From: Chiloscyllium plagiosum
Taxonomy: Eukaryota
Reading direction: 5' to 3'
Length of the DNA stretch: 64,000 bases
Assembly (NCBI RefSeq): GCF_004010195.1
Contig: NC_057749.1
Location: forward strand, 15,371,726-15,435,725
The position numbers and the translations under genes were made by a program. The first letter of the stretch is position 1; the number at the start of each line of letters is the position of its first letter. The notes below the pieces were generated by a model. It searched no databases. It saw only the letters and a program-made list of their open reading frames with translations, and was not told the origin of the DNA. This document shows, piece by piece, positions 26,387-39,822 of the stretch.

Positions 26387-27015
26387 TAGTATTGAGTACA
26401 GGAGTTGGGAGGTCGTGTTGCGGCTGTACAGGACATTAGTTAGGCCATTGTTGGAATATTGTGTGTAATTCTGGTCTTCTTCCTATCAGAAAGATGTTGT
26501 GAAACTTGAAAGGATTCAGAAAAGATTAACTTGAAAGGATTCAGAAAAGATTTACAAGGATGTTGCCAGGGTTGGAGGATTTGAGCTATAAGCAGAGGTT
26601 GAAAAGGCTAGGTCTGTTTTTTCTGGTCGTTGGAGGCTTAGGGGTGACCTTTTAGAGGTTTATAAAATCATGAGGGGAATGAATAGGATAATTAGATAAA
26701 GTCTTTTCCCTGGGGTTGGGGAGTCCGGAACTAGAGGGCATAACTTTAGGGTGAGATATAAAAGAGACCTAAGGGGCAACTGTTTCACTCAGAGGGTGGT
26801 ACGTGTATGGAATGAGCTGCCAGAGGAAATAGTGGAGGCTAATACAATAGCAACATTTAAAAGGCATCTGGATGGGTACATGAATAGGAAGGGTTTGGAG
26901 GGATATAGGCCAGGTGCTGGTAGGTAGGACTAGACTGGGTTGGGATGTCTAGTTGGCATGAAACGAGTTGGACCGAAAGGTCTGTTTCCGTGCTGTACAT
27001 CTCTATGACTCTATC
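26387..27015 (+). mobile_element. CR1/HER1 LINE 3' end
   Basis: Same family as 2362-2892; small internal duplication at 26503-26550. Confidence 0.9.
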
Positions 27016-27029
27016 TAGAAAAAAGAGGA

Positions 27030-28835
27030 GGAGGTGAGGACATCTTAAAATGCATAAGTATGGGTAAATTCCTCAGACCTGATCAGGTGTACCCTAGAAC
27101 TCTTGTGGGAGGCTAGGGAAGTGAGACATTTGTATCATTGAGAGTGAAAGGCAAGGTGCTAGAAGGCTGAGGGTTGATTCATGTGGTGCTACTATTTAAG
27201 AAAGGTTGTAAGGAAAAGCAAGGAAATTATAGAGGTGTGAGCCTGATTGTGGTGGGCAAGTTGGAGAGAATCCTGAGGGCCGGGTTTACATGTATTTTGA
27301 AAGGCAAGGACTGATTATGGATAGTTAACATGGCTTTGTGCATGGGAAATCGTGTCTCACAAACTTAATTGAGTTTTTTGAAGTTGAAACTTGAAAGGGT
27401 TCAGAAGAGATTAAGAGGCAACTTTTTCATGCAGAGGGTGGTATGTGTATGGAATGAGCTGCCAGAGGATGTGGTGGAGGCTGGTACAATTGCAACATTT
27501 AAGAGGCATTTGGATGGGTATATGAATAGGAAGGGTTTGGAGGGATATGGGACGGGTGCTGGCAGGTGGGACTAGATTGGGTTGGGATATCTGGTCGGCA
27601 TGGACGGGTTGGACCGAAGGGTCTGTTTCCGTGCTGTACATCTCTATGATTCTAAGTAACAAAGGGATTGATGATGGAACAGCAATAGATGGGATCTATA
27701 TGGACTTCAGTAAGGTGTTCAACAAAGTTCCTCATGGTAGACTGGAATAGAGAAAAAGCTAGCTATTTGGATATGGAACTGGCTCAAAGGTAGAAGACAG
27801 AGGATAGTGGTGGAGGGTTGCTTTTCAGATTGGACACCTGTGACCAGTGGGTGTGCCACAAGGATTGGTGCTGGGTCCTCTGCTTTTCATTATTATTTAA
27901 ATGATTTGAATATGAACTTAGGAGGTATAGTTAGTAAGTTACCACATGACAGCAAAATTGGAGTTATAGTGGATGGCAAAAAAGGTTATCTCAGAGTACA
28001 ATAGAATCTTAATCAGATGGGCCAATGGACTGACGATTGGCAGATGGAGTTTAATTTAGTTAAATGTAAGGTGTTGCATTTTGGAAAGGCAAATCAGGGC
28101 AGGACTTAATGGTAAAGTCCTGGGGAGTGTCACTGAATATGAAAACTTTGGGGTGCACATTCATTCCCCTCCAAGGTGAGTCACAGGTAACAGGATAGTG
28201 AAGAAGGCCTTTGTTATGTTTACCTTTATTGGTCAGTGCATTGAGTACAGGAGTTGGAGGGTCAGGTTGTGACTGTACAGAACATTGTTTCGGCCACATT
28301 TGTAATACTGAATGCAATTCTAGTCTCCCTGCTATAGGAAGGATGTTGTGAAACTTGAAAGGATTCAGAAAAGATTTACAATGATATTGCCAGGGTTGGA
28401 GGGTTTGAGCTATAGGGAGAGGCTGAATAGGCTGGGCTATTTTCCCTGGAGTGTTGGAGGCTGAGGGGTGACCTTATAGAGGTTTATAAAATCATGAGTT
28501 GCATGGATAGGGTAAATAGGCAAAGTCTTCCCCACAGAGTGGGGAAGTCCAAAACTAGAGGGCATTGGTTCAAGGTGAGAGGAGAAAGATTTGAAAGGGA
28601 CCTGAAGGGCAACTTTTTCACGCAGAGGGTGGTGTATGTACAGAATGAGCTGCCAGAGGTAGAGGCTGGTATAATTACAACATTTAAAAGACATCTGGAT
28701 GGGTATACGATCAGGAAGGGTTTAGAGGGACATGGGCCTCTAATGGGACTAGATTTATTTAGGACACCTGGTCAGCATGGACAAGTTGGACTGAAGGGTC
28801 TATTTCTGAGCTGTATAATCTCTATGACTCTATGG
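27030..28835 (+). mobile_element. Decayed CR1 LINE (RT to 3' tail) with a nested, internally deleted CR1 copy (about 27384-27653)
   Basis: RT motifs (YMDFSKVFNKVPHGRL), ORF2 C-terminus and tail; the nested copy has its own tail at 27640-27653. Confidence 0.88.
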
Positions 28836-30244
28836 TTAAATGCCTTCCCATTTAGAGGATGAATTCTTACTTGCTGATCATTGTGAAACATCTCTGCTGC
28901 TGTGGTGCTCATAATGGTTAAAATGAAGTGGGACTGGTTCCAGCAAAACTTGATTAACTGCGTCTCAGACTCCTGCAATAATACTGCAGCAGCTGGGTGC
29001 TGTTCCAATTCCAACAGCTGCAATTGGTTAATTCGATTGAGAGAGAATTTCTGTACTGTTCTATAATACAGCCTCCAGTAAAAAGTGTGCTTTGTACGTA
29101 CCCCCCTCCCTACTTTCTTAGGTCACTATCTTTGAAAATCTGCTAGGGCAGAAGTTGCACATAATAATATGATTTACTCATTTTCTTGATTTCCTATCGT
29201 GTTGAACAGGGAATGTTAAGATTAAGTGTAGTCTTCAGGCGAAGAGTGTGGAGCTTTATAAGCATCATTGTAGTCAGGCTGGACTGAATGGCCTCTCACT
29301 GTCCTGTATATTTTACGTGAAGCAGAATCAGAGGACAAAAGGGTTATGACATCAAGATACCTGCCTAGTAATTGGACTGATCACTGCATTAACGATCCAG
29401 AGGTCCAGCCTAATGCTCTGAAGAGACAGGTTCAAATCTGGGATGGCAGCTGGTGAAATCAGAGTCCAATTCTTAAATCTGGGATTGAAAGCTCAACTTG
29501 GGTCCTCTTGTGGTTCGGTGGTATTGTCCCTACCCCTGGACTGGAGTCTCATTTGCTTCTGACATATGTAATAACATCACTGAACAGACTGTTTGGAAAA
29601 TTAGGTTATTTAAAAAATTATGAAAGCTGTTCTCACTGATGGTGACCATGATTGTTGTTAAAATCCCACTTGGTTCAGTAATGTGCTTCAGAGCAGGCAA
29701 TCTGCTGTTCTTACTGGGTCTGGCCAATATGCAACTCCACCCATAGCAACGTGATTGAGTGCTAACCGCCAGCCTTTGGCCTGTATTAATGCAGTATCCG
29801 GTCTGTGGCAAATCTTGCTGAAGCAGCTCAGAGAGAGGAAAATGTTTGAAAGTCAATGGAAATATGAAGTCAGGAGATGTTAGAAAAAAGAGCCAATTCA
29901 CTAATGTTCAACGTCAAAACACCTCCCCAGTGTAAAAGGAGGAAAGGCTTTCATTCATAAAGCATCTTTCACAACCTCAACATCTCAAAGTGCTTTCTAG
30001 CCAACAAAGTGTTGTCACTTTTGAAGTTTAGTAAACAATATATGAAAAGCGTTGAGATGGCTCAATGAAAAGGTCAAATGGTGGCATAGTTCCAATTTCA
30101 CTAGAGTAGCAATTCAGAATCCCAGACCACTATTCAGGGAATGGGGCTTCAAATCCCGGCATAGCTGATGGTGAAATTTGAATTCAATAAAATCTGGAGT
30201 AAAGAAGTGACAAAGATCACCTACTGGGCATCGCTGCTCAACAG

Positions 30245-30940
30245 AGACATGGAGTGAGGTTCATGGTTTCTTGAAAGTGGAGTTGCAGGTAGATAGATAA
30301 TGAAGAAGGTGTTTGGTCTGCTTTCCTTTGTTGGTCAGAGCATTGAGTATAGGAGTTGGGAGGTCATGTTGTGGCTGAACAGGACATTGATTAGGCCACT
30401 TTTGGAATACTGCGTGCAATTCTCATCTCTCTTCTATAGGAAGGATGTTGTGAAACTTGAAAGGGTTCAGAAAAGATTTACAATGATGTTGCCAGGGTTA
30501 GAGATTTGAGCTATCGGGAGAGACTGAAGAGGCTGTGACTATTTTCCCTGGAGCATCGGAGGCTGAGGGGTGACCTTATAGAGTTTATAAAATCATGAGT
30601 GCCATGGATAGGGTAAATAGACAAGGTCTTTTCCCTGGGGTGGGGGAGTCCAAAACCAGGGGGCATAGGTTTAAGGTGAGAGGGGTAAAGATTTAAAAGG
30701 GACTGAAGGGGCAACTTTTTCACGCAGAGGGTGGTGTGTGTATGGAATGAGCTGCCAGAGGAAGGAAGTGATGGAGGCTGGTACAATTATAATGTATGAA
30801 AGGCACCCGGGTAGGTACCTGAACAGGAAAGGTTTAGAGGGATATGGGTCAAGTGCTGGCAAATGGGACTAGATCAGTTTAGGATATCTGGTTGGCACGG
30901 ATAAGTTAGACCGAAGGGTACTGTACAATTCCATGACTCT
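30245..30940 (+). mobile_element. CR1/HER1 LINE 3' end
   Basis: RPLLEYCVQF...LERVQKRFT...; tail. Confidence 0.9.
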
Positions 30941-31779
30941 TATTGCCCTCTGAAATGGCTGAGCAAGCCCTCATCTCAAGGGACTTGGAAAACAGATGCT
31001 GGCCTTGCCTGCAACACCCACATCCCATGAAAGAATAAATAAAGAAACAATGTAGAAAAAGACACTATTCCACAAAGAAAGATAGAGAATGATAAGAGTT
31101 CTAAGCCTTTGCAGGTGCAGTTTGGTTTCAGATTTCCAGTACCCGCACCTGTCTTGCAGCCACATATTTATCAGAATCAAAATACACAGAAAACATATTG
31201 CAAGGAGGAAACAGGAAAAGGAAGATGAAACACTGTTAAGGTTGCAAGGTCATACAAGAAATAGAAGATACTGTTTCTATCAGAATTAGGAAGAGGAAGA
31301 TTATTATTGGAGAGGCACTGGTGTAATGGTAACATTTTTAATTTGCTGAACATAGCTATGAGCTAAAAAAAGAACATTAAATCTTTGTCTTGGTGAATTG
31401 ACGAGGTTGAAGAGAATGGGGAAACTGATTTACCTCTCCCTGCCTGATTGTAACACGCTACAGATGCAGAAACTTACCCTTTCCCATCTATCACTAGCGT
31501 TCTGCACCCAATGGTATCACCCAGAAACATGTCAGTTCCTACTCATAAGCTAACAACATCCAGTCCTACCTGATGACCCTTTCTCTGCCTCAAACATGTC
31601 AGATTATGACCTTCAGTAAAGGACAGGCAGAAATTTTCTCCAACTAAATTTTGGGGAAGCCGGAATCCATTGCCTTCAGCTCCTGTCACGAACTCCGTTG
31701 CTTAGCTTTGGACTCCATCCCTCTACCTGGTCACCATAGCAGACTGTCTGAACCTTGGTATCATACCTGACCTAGAGGG

Positions 31780-32052
31780 ATCTTCCTTTCCACCTATCGA
31801 CTCCACCCTCCTCTCTGACCTATCACCTCCACCCCTACCCCCATTCACCTATTGTACTGTATGCTACTTCCCCCCCCACCTCTCATTTATCTCTCCACTC
31901 TGCAGGCTTCTTGCCTCTATTTCTGATGAAGGGCTTTTGCCTGAAACATCAATTTCCTGCTCCTCGGATGCTGCCTGAAATGCTGTGCTCTTCCAGCACC
32001 ACTCTAAACCAGACTCGGGTTTCCAGCATCTGCAGTCCTTGTTTTTACCACC
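31780..32052 (+). mobile_element. Penelope family A 3' terminus with hammerhead core at about 31923-31952
   Basis: Matches 11030-11275. Confidence 0.8.
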
Positions 32053-33809
32053 CTGACCTTGACCCAACCAGGTGCAGAGTACATTGAAAATTGTGTGATG
32101 AGGCCAAAGCATAACAAGGGTTAGACTTACAAATGCTACTGCAAAGAGCTGACTTGCGGGTGCCCTCAAAACGAGGGGAATTGTATCGGCGCAGATAAGA
32201 AGTACTTGCCAAACAGACTATTGCAGAGGTCTTGTAATTAGGGTGTGGGGAATAGTTTGCATGAACTTACTGCAGTATGTCACTGTAAGATATCGCAGAA
32301 TAGATAAACAGAAGGTACTGACCATTACTTGCGATTTCAGGAGTTCGAGTAAAAAAAAGTATAAAGAGTCTGAAAACAGCTGTTGTTGCGGAGTTCTCAA
32401 CTGGCAAACATGCAATCGACACACACGGGAAAAAGCCAGATATTCTAAAAAATTGCGGACTCGTTCTGTATTTCTTAGGAACCCAACACAAGTGTCCAGC
32501 ATTTGAAGCCAAAAACATTTCAGGAAGGAGTTAGATACTGTTCTTAAGGTTAAAGGGCTTCAAGGGTATGGGGAGAAAGCTGGAACAAGTTACTGAGTTG
32601 GATGATCAGCCATGGTCATAGTGAATGGTGGAGCACGCTCACTGGGCTAAATAGCCTACTCCTGCTCAATGTATCCAGACCGTCGCTAAAAACTACATAC
32701 TTCCACCTCTGTAACATGGAACTGACTCTGCCGCTGCTTCAGGACAACTGTTATGCAAACTCTCATTCATGGTTTTACTTCTAGGCTTGGTGATTCTAAC
32801 ACTGACCTGAAAGGCCCCATGTTCGACCCAATGTACACCTGAGATCAGCAAAACCTGTTACCCGCTCCAGCCTGCAAACCTCCGAGATCTTTGATTTTAT
32901 CTGATTATGTGAAACTTGACCCCAACCCATTGCAGTCATTCCCCCCGTTCATGTGAGGATTCATTTCCAGAGAACCCTCGCAAAACTCCGCGAGTGCGGA
33001 GCTCATTAAAAATAGGTTAGAAGTATCACAGACAAGTGGTTTTTGCCTGCGGAGTTTGAGTTTTATTACTTGATTTTCGGTGAATTTGTGATTCGGTGCC
33101 TACTTCATGATGGAAAGGGACGGAGTGGGCAAGTACTTCCATTCTGAGAGGCAGATTGGTAACTTTAACACCCATGATGGACACGACCTGCCTGTGTGCA
33201 CGGGTGGTCACTGAGCCTTTGAGCCACTGACCTCACCATCACACTGACCCCCATGGCCTCCACCTCCCTCCCACCCAATGGTCACTGCCTTACCCACCTC
33301 TCCCAATGCTGCCCATAAGCCTGGAGAAAGTGAGGTCTGCAGATGCTGGAGATCAAAGTTGAAACTTTATTGCTGGAACAGCACAGCAGGTCAGGCTCCA
33401 CCTCCCTCCCACCCAATGGTCACTGCCTTACCCACCTCTCCCAATGCCGCCCATAAGCCTCCCCATATCGACTGCATCGTCCTTCGCATGGCTCATTATT
33501 TCAGCTTCTTTTCCGAATGCACAGGTCAGTATTGGCCGTGAACCACCGCTGCTGATTAACTCCCAATGGGTCAGTGTGCTTGGAGCTGAACAGCGGGACC
33601 GGGTAACTCAGCTTTCCGCGGAGACAGCAGACGTATCCAAAGGGCGTGCACTTTCTCCGCTCAGCTCGTCTGGCCAAAGAGTGCGAGCACCTCACCCAAA
33701 CTAGCTCTATGGTCCCAAAAGTAAACCCACCCTCATCTCCAGGAAGCCCAACCCTCTGAGACGCAACGTTCTCTGCTTTGTGATCAAACTCCACCCGGTT
33801 TGTAAAATT

Positions 33810-34110
33810 CCCAGAATCCCTATAGTGTGGAAAGAGGTCATTGGCTCACCGACCCTCCCAAAAGCATCCCTATCCCCATAAACTTGCATTTATCATGGCT
33901 AATTTACCTAGCCTGCACATCCCTGAGCACTGTCGGTAATTTAGCATAGCTAATCCACCAAACATGCACATATTTGGAGCACCCAGCAGAAACCCCCGCA
34001 GTTATGGGGAGAATGAGCAAACTCCAGACAGACAATTGCCCGAGTCTGGAATCGAACCTGGGTCCCGAGTGCTGTGAGGCAGCAGTGCTAACCACCATGC
34101 CACTGTGCTG
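33810..34110 (-). mobile_element. HE1-type V-SINE
   Basis: Head and V-domain on the minus strand. Confidence 0.82.
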
Positions 34111-34371
34111 CATCCTAGAACTCTGTGGGCACGTTTGCCTTTATTGGTCAGTGCATTGAGTATAGGAGTTGGGATGTCATGCAGATGTACAGGACATTGG
34201 TGAGGCCACTTTTGGAATACTGCATTCAATTCTAGTCTCCCTGCTATAGGAAAAATGTTGTTAAACTTGAAAGGGTTCAGAAAAGATTTACAATGTTGTT
34301 GCCAAGGTTGGAAATTTGAGCTATAGGGAGAGGCTGAATAGGCTGGGGCTGTTTTCCCTGGTGTGGAGGGA

Positions 34372-35395
34372 CCAGTGTTGAAATGGGATGAACAAAGTCA
34401 GAAGTCACACAACACCAGGTTATAGTCCAACAGGTTTACTTGAAATCACCAGACAAGAGTGTTCCCTCCCAATCGGGGAACACTTCAGTGGTCAAGGACA
34501 TTCAGCCTCTGATCTTTGGGTGAGCATCCACCAAGGTGGCCTTTGAAATAGACAACAACACAGAACAGCTGAGCAGAAACTGAGAGCCAAGTTCCGTACT
34601 CAGGAAGCCAACCTCAACCATGATCTTGGATTCATATCACGTTACATGTTACTTCATCATACTGTCCTACATCTGTAAAATCTTCCTTACTCTCCTGCTT
34701 TGACACCATCACCTTGATAACTTGCTATGATCTCTCTACCTTAATTAGTTTGTACAATTTTGGATTACTTGTTACTTTGGTTAGACTCTTGGCTCAAGAC
34801 TCTTACATCTATTATGTGATTCCAGGCATTTGGTTTGTCTCTAGCACCATCTTGTTTTAAATTTATTGTAATTATCACTCTGCCTTAATTAATCAGATAA
34901 AAGCAAATTACTGTGGATGCTGGAATCTGAAACCAAAAGAGAAAATGCTGGAAAATCTCAGGTCTGGCAGGTCAAAGCTTTGACAAAGGGTCAGTTAGAC
35001 TCAAAACGTCAGCTCTTTTCTCTCCTTACAGATGCTGCCAGACCTGCTGAGATTTTCCAGCATTTTCTCTTTTGGTTAATTAATCAGATCATTGTTCATC
35101 CTTTCACTTGCTATTCAGCTGCTGACTTTACTCACACCATTTGACACTTGTGATCACCTGCAAAGCCTTGTTATTCAGCTTGTTGACAGTTCACTCACAC
35201 CACTTGTACTATCCTTTAACACTCTTAATTACCTGGAATTATCTTGCACTGATCCCTCCAGCTATAAAAGTTCTGTCCCTGTTTGCTTCCCTCCACTTCA
35301 CCTGATCAAAGAGCAACACCCCAAAAGTTTGAGATTTCAAATAAATCTATTGGACTATGAACTGGTATTGTGTGACTTCTGACTTCTGACTTCTG
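34372..35395 (+). mobile_element. Penelope-like element (family B): inverted terminal arm, GIY-YIG C-terminus, 3' region and degenerate hammerhead; contains a fold-back cassette at 34900-35075
   Basis: 34450-34650 reads RQECSLPIGEHFSGQGHSASDL...AEQKLRAKFRT...LNHDLGFISRY; the terminal arms are inverted. Confidence 0.78.
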
Positions 35396-35397
35396 AT

Positions 35398-35668
35398 GGG
35401 TGGCACGGTGGTTAGCACTGCTGCCTCACAGCGCCAGAGACCCGGGTTCAATTCCTGCCTCAGGCGACTGTGTGGAGTTTGCACATTCTCCCCGTGTCTG
35501 CGTGGGTTTCCTCCGGGTGCTCCGGTTTCCTCCCACAGTCCAAAGATGTGCAGGTCAGGTGAATTGGCCATGCTAAATTGCCCGTAGTGTTAGGAGTATG
35601 GGTGGGTTGCGTCGGTGTGGAGTTGTTGGGCCGAAGGGCCTGTTTCCACACTGTAATGTAATCTGACT
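35398..35668 (+). mobile_element. Young HE1-type V-SINE
   Basis: Near-consensus head, V-domain and tail. Confidence 0.92.
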
Positions 35669-37970
35669 ATTTTCCCTGGAGGCTGAGGAGTGGCCTTACA
35701 GGGGTTCATAAAAATCATGAGGGGCATGGATAAGGTGAATAGTCAAGGTCTTTTTCCCAGGGTAGAGGTGTTCAAAACTAGAGAGCATAGGTGAGAGGGG
35801 AAAGATTTAAAAGGGACCTAAAGGGAAACCTTTTCATTCGGTGAGTAATGAGTGGATGGAATGAGCTGCCAGAGGAAATGGTGGAGGCTGGTACAATTAC
35901 AGCATTTAAAAGGCATCTAGATGGGTATGTGAATAGGAAGGGTTTAGAGGGATATGGGCCAAATGCTGGCAAATGGGACTAGACTAATTTAGGATATGGG
36001 TCGGCATGGACAAGTTGGACCGAACGGTCTGTTTCCACGCTGTACATCTCTATGATTCCAAAATAACTGGAAATGACAAGAGGCAGTTTCCCCTGTGGTC
36101 TCTCCCCATTCCCCCACCTCCCACACACCATGATCTCTTTCTCTCTCTCCCTCCCCCGCAGTCCACAGGCACGGTCCTCTGCTACTGACCTTTCTGCCTG
36201 CCCGGCAGCCAGCCCGGCGCCCTGGATAAAATGGCAAGTTTCCTTTCCTAAAAAGGACATAGAAAGAGCTAGTTGGGCTTCTCTCAACAATCTGACAGCT
36301 TCACGCCCACTCAAACGGACATGATAAAAAGATTAGACTCCTTATACTCCTGGGAGTATAAGAAACCACTCGTTCAACCAGGGGAGTATTTATACTTTTC
36401 TTTCTCTCCTCCATGTCTTTTGCCAACTTCCCTTTTCATCTCCAGCAAGTGGGACTGGGTTCAGGTGTGGCATCTTCTTTCTGTGCAATTAACTCAATGG
36501 GGGAATGCAGTGAATGAATCCTTTGTTTCCAACCTCACTGGTTAATAAGCAGCTTGACACTGAATGACCTCATCCTTTCCCTGTCTGTGCAACTAGGGGA
36601 AAAAAAAACTTCTAATTTACAATCCACTTTGAGAATGTACTACAGAGCTTCAAATTAACCCGTTGGAGACCATTTGACTTAGCATCTCATGCTTTATTAA
36701 ATGTATACATTGTACCTCAGACAGGACAAAAATGAAATTTAATGAAATTAGCTGGCAATCTTATTCATGATTCCACACTGATGCTAATGGGAGCTTGCTG
36801 TGCATATTTTTTTTACTTTTCATGGAATGTGGTTGTCACTGGCAAGGCCAGAATTTGTTGCCCATCCTAATTCACCAAAGGTTCCTTCTAAACCCATGAT
36901 CACTATCATCTAGAAGGACAAGGATGGCAGAAATACGGGAATGCCACCACCTGCAAGTTCCACTCCAAGTCACACACCATCCTGACTTGGAAACAGATCA
37001 CGGCTCCTTCACTGTTGCTGGGTCAAAATCCTGGTATTCCCTTACTAAGGGCATTGTGGGTCAATCCAGAGCACATGGACAGCAGTGGCTCAAGAAGGCA
37101 TCTCACCACCACCTTCTCTAGGGGGCAACTAGGGACGGGGCAATAAATGCTGGCCCAGCCTGTGACACTCGCATCCTATGAGTGATTTTTTTAAAAAAGT
37201 ACCCTTTACCTTGCTGGGGGAAATTAAGAGTCAACCTCATTGCTATGGGCCGGAAATCACATGTAGGCCAGACTAGCTAAAGATGGCAGATTTCCTTCCC
37301 TGAAGGGCATTAGGAAACCCTAAAAGTTTTTATGACAATCGATGGTGTAGTCAACATTACTGGGGATAGCTTTTAATTCCTGATTTATTAAGTGAATATA
37401 AATTCCACCAGCTGAGTCCCTAGAACATTAGTCTAAGCTTCTGAGTACTAGCCCAGTGATGGGACCACTTACTTTATGGGCTGTGGGATTACAACAGTGC
37501 TTACACCAAAAACTCTTGAATTGCTCTGATGGGCTGTGGATATCCTAAGGCTGGGAAAGGCATTATACAAATTACTTTCTAATTAAAAGAATAAAGAATT
37601 CTCTGGTGAGTTTCTAAGTGGTAAAGGGGGTGATGCAGCTCTTTCCTGCAGGTGATTTGGTTTCTTCTCATCAAGCTGGGGGGCCATACTTTAGTTCCTT
37701 GAAGCATTAAAATTGCAATTGATCACATGGTGTACAAATGAGGTACAGGTGCTCAGCACCCCCTTGGAGTGGAGCTGAATCGACTTGCCCATTCCTACCG
37801 CAAGCCATACTATCCTTTACTCTCCCCGAATATATTCCCTCCTCCTTATTTATCCGACACACCACAGTACTGCCATCTCAGTGTTCACCCTCCCATCATA
37901 TCTGAGAATTTCTCTTCAGCCCTTCCCTAAAACAGCACATCCTGAGCTTGGAACTCCCTCTTCTTATTTG

Positions 37971-38092
37971 ACCCAAGAAGCCTCCCTGAACAATACCCCA
38001 AGAAGCCCCCTGAACAATACCCCAAGAAGCCCCCTTAATAATACCCCAAGAAGCTCTTGAACAATACCCCAAGAAGCCCCCTGAAGCCCCCA
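37971..38092. repeat. 24-bp minisatellite (ccccaagaagccccctgaacaata), about 5 copies
   Basis: Direct reading; a longer array is at 40799-41044. Confidence 0.9.
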
Positions 38093-38924
38093 AAATTCCT
38101 TCATCATTCTATTACATCATCAATCTCTCCCTCCTTTATGGCAGAGACAGAAGACAAAAACTTTGTTTTCAGTCACCCTGATGTTTTTACTGGAGAGGAG
38201 AAGGTCTCCAACTGAGAAAACACAACCGATGGCTTAGGGGAAACGACTTTAAATTCCTGTCTACTCGACATCGCTCATGAACTGTCCATCAGAATGCCAG
38301 ACAGCATGGAATAGGTTAAGAAAGAAAATACTTCAGTTATCATGCACACGACAGTTTTATTGCACAGATCACCAAACAAGTTCACTATCACTGACTTTCT
38401 GTTTTATCTACTTTCCCTTATTTCTTTGGCAGGCTCCATTTCCACTACCACATGGTAAAAGAATTTGCCATAAACCCGTGCTTTGAGATGAGGGTGGAAC
38501 TTGCTAAACAAATGCGAACATTGTCACGTCATTGTGCACAAACTGTGCTTGACCTGCTGGCAATCTTTTTAAGGACAGATGATAGCTCAGTTTTTTCTCT
38601 TTGGAAAAGTAATAGGAGTACACCAAATTTCTGCCAGCCTTTGGGCTGTTAACGCAATCTCTGGTCTGTGGCAGATCTCACTGAAGCAGCACAGAGGGAA
38701 GGAATGTTTGAAGGTCGATGGAAACTGTTAAACAAAGTGCCAATTCCCCGATTCTCAAAGTCAAAAGGACTCCCCAGTGTAAAAGGAGGGAAACACTTGC
38801 ACTCATATAGAACCTTTCAGAACCTCAGATCATCTCTCAGTGCTTTCCAGCCAATATAGTGTTGTCAGTTTTGAGGTTTAGTGAGCGGTGTATGAAAGGC
38901 TTTGAGAAGGCTCAGGTGCAACAC

Positions 38925-39230
38925 AGTGGCAATGTCACTAGAGTAGCAATTCAGAATATCAGGCCATTATTCAGAGGATGGGGTTCAAATCCCACTGTAG
39001 CAGATGGTGAAATATGAGTTAGATAAAATATGGAATAAAGAGACGGTGATCATATAAAGACTCTAGATTTGTAAAATCCCATCTGGATCACTAATATCCT
39101 TTAGGGAAGGAAATCTGACTCCAGACCCCCAGCAATGTGGCTGACTCTTAACTGTCCTCTGGCCAATTAGGGACTGGCAATATGTACTGGCCTAGCCAGC
39201 AACACCCAGATCCAGGAACAAATGACTAAA
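38925..39230 (+). mobile_element. tRNA-derived SINE family sharing its tail with the old LINE at 62850-63475 (duplicate at 41877-42182)
   Basis: B-box GGTTCAAATCC; tail ggccaattagggactggcaatatgtactggcctagccagc. Relatives at 7540-8200 (-), 29365-29760, 30080-30200, 37215-37470 (-) and 53055-53215. Confidence 0.7.
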
Positions 39231-39648
39231 AAGTAGTATTCTTTACATGTGCATTCTCTGTAATTTATATTTTCAGAATCAGTTCATCTAACAGTCCTGT
39301 GGCAATATAAAGGTTGAATAGTGCTGCAAAAAAAGGCATGATGTTGAAGATTTTCAATGTGCACTCATCAGAGCAAAATTGCAAGAATACTAAATTTCAG
39401 AAGGAAACAACAATTTAGACTGCATGAGAAATGAGTGCTGATCAGTTGGTAGGGGAGTCTGATTGGTACAGGTATCACAGATAATGCATCAGTCCAGATA
39501 ATTGCAAAATGTAACGTTTTGAAAGGATACCTCTCTCTCTCTCTTCAGCAAGACTCTAGTTTAGTTAACTAGTGAAATTCTTCAATTTTTGTATCTCCTG
39601 AACAGATACACTGTTCACTGGCATCACCTCTGCAAGTGAAAGTATCTA

Positions 39649-39822
39649 CAGAACAACTTTGATTATCCAAACGAGACGGGCGGGGAGTCATTTGTTTGGA
39701 TAACTGATTGTTTAGATAACTGATTATTTGGCTAATGGATAATGTTTTTACGGGACCTTAAGATCTTGTTCAGATAATCCGAAATTTGGATAACTGACAT
39801 TCGGATAACCGTGGTTGTTCTG
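39649..39822. mobile_element. Tc1/mariner (Tigger/pogo-like) MITE; duplicate at 42600-42773
   Basis: TA-CAGAACAACTTTGATTATCCAAA ... TTCGGATAACCGTGGTTGTTCTG-TA: about 23-bp imperfect TIRs with TA TSD. Confidence 0.82.

Larger units (their letters stand above)
34135..36058 (+). mobile_element. CR1 LINE 3' end split (34135-34361 / 35665-36058) by a family B Penelope element and an HE1 SINE
   Basis: The two CR1 halves join at a duplicated ttttccctgg. Confidence 0.8.

Noticed and set aside
28871..29017. Exon-like segment on the minus strand with AG acceptor and GTAAGA donor
   Set aside because: In the required phase 2 it hits a TAA stop, and the flanking true exons join without a gap in the family alignment.
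32060..32510. Possible DNA-transposon remnant or short ORFs
   Set aside because: No matching pair of TIRs or recognisable transposase motif found.
33461..33800. CpG-containing stretch with short ORFs on both strands
   Set aside because: No recognisable protein motif or coherent splice sites; cannot be assigned from sequence alone.
35398..35470. tRNA-like sequences (here and at other SINE heads) as tRNA genes
   Set aside because: They run directly into V-domain SINE bodies and LINE-derived tails.
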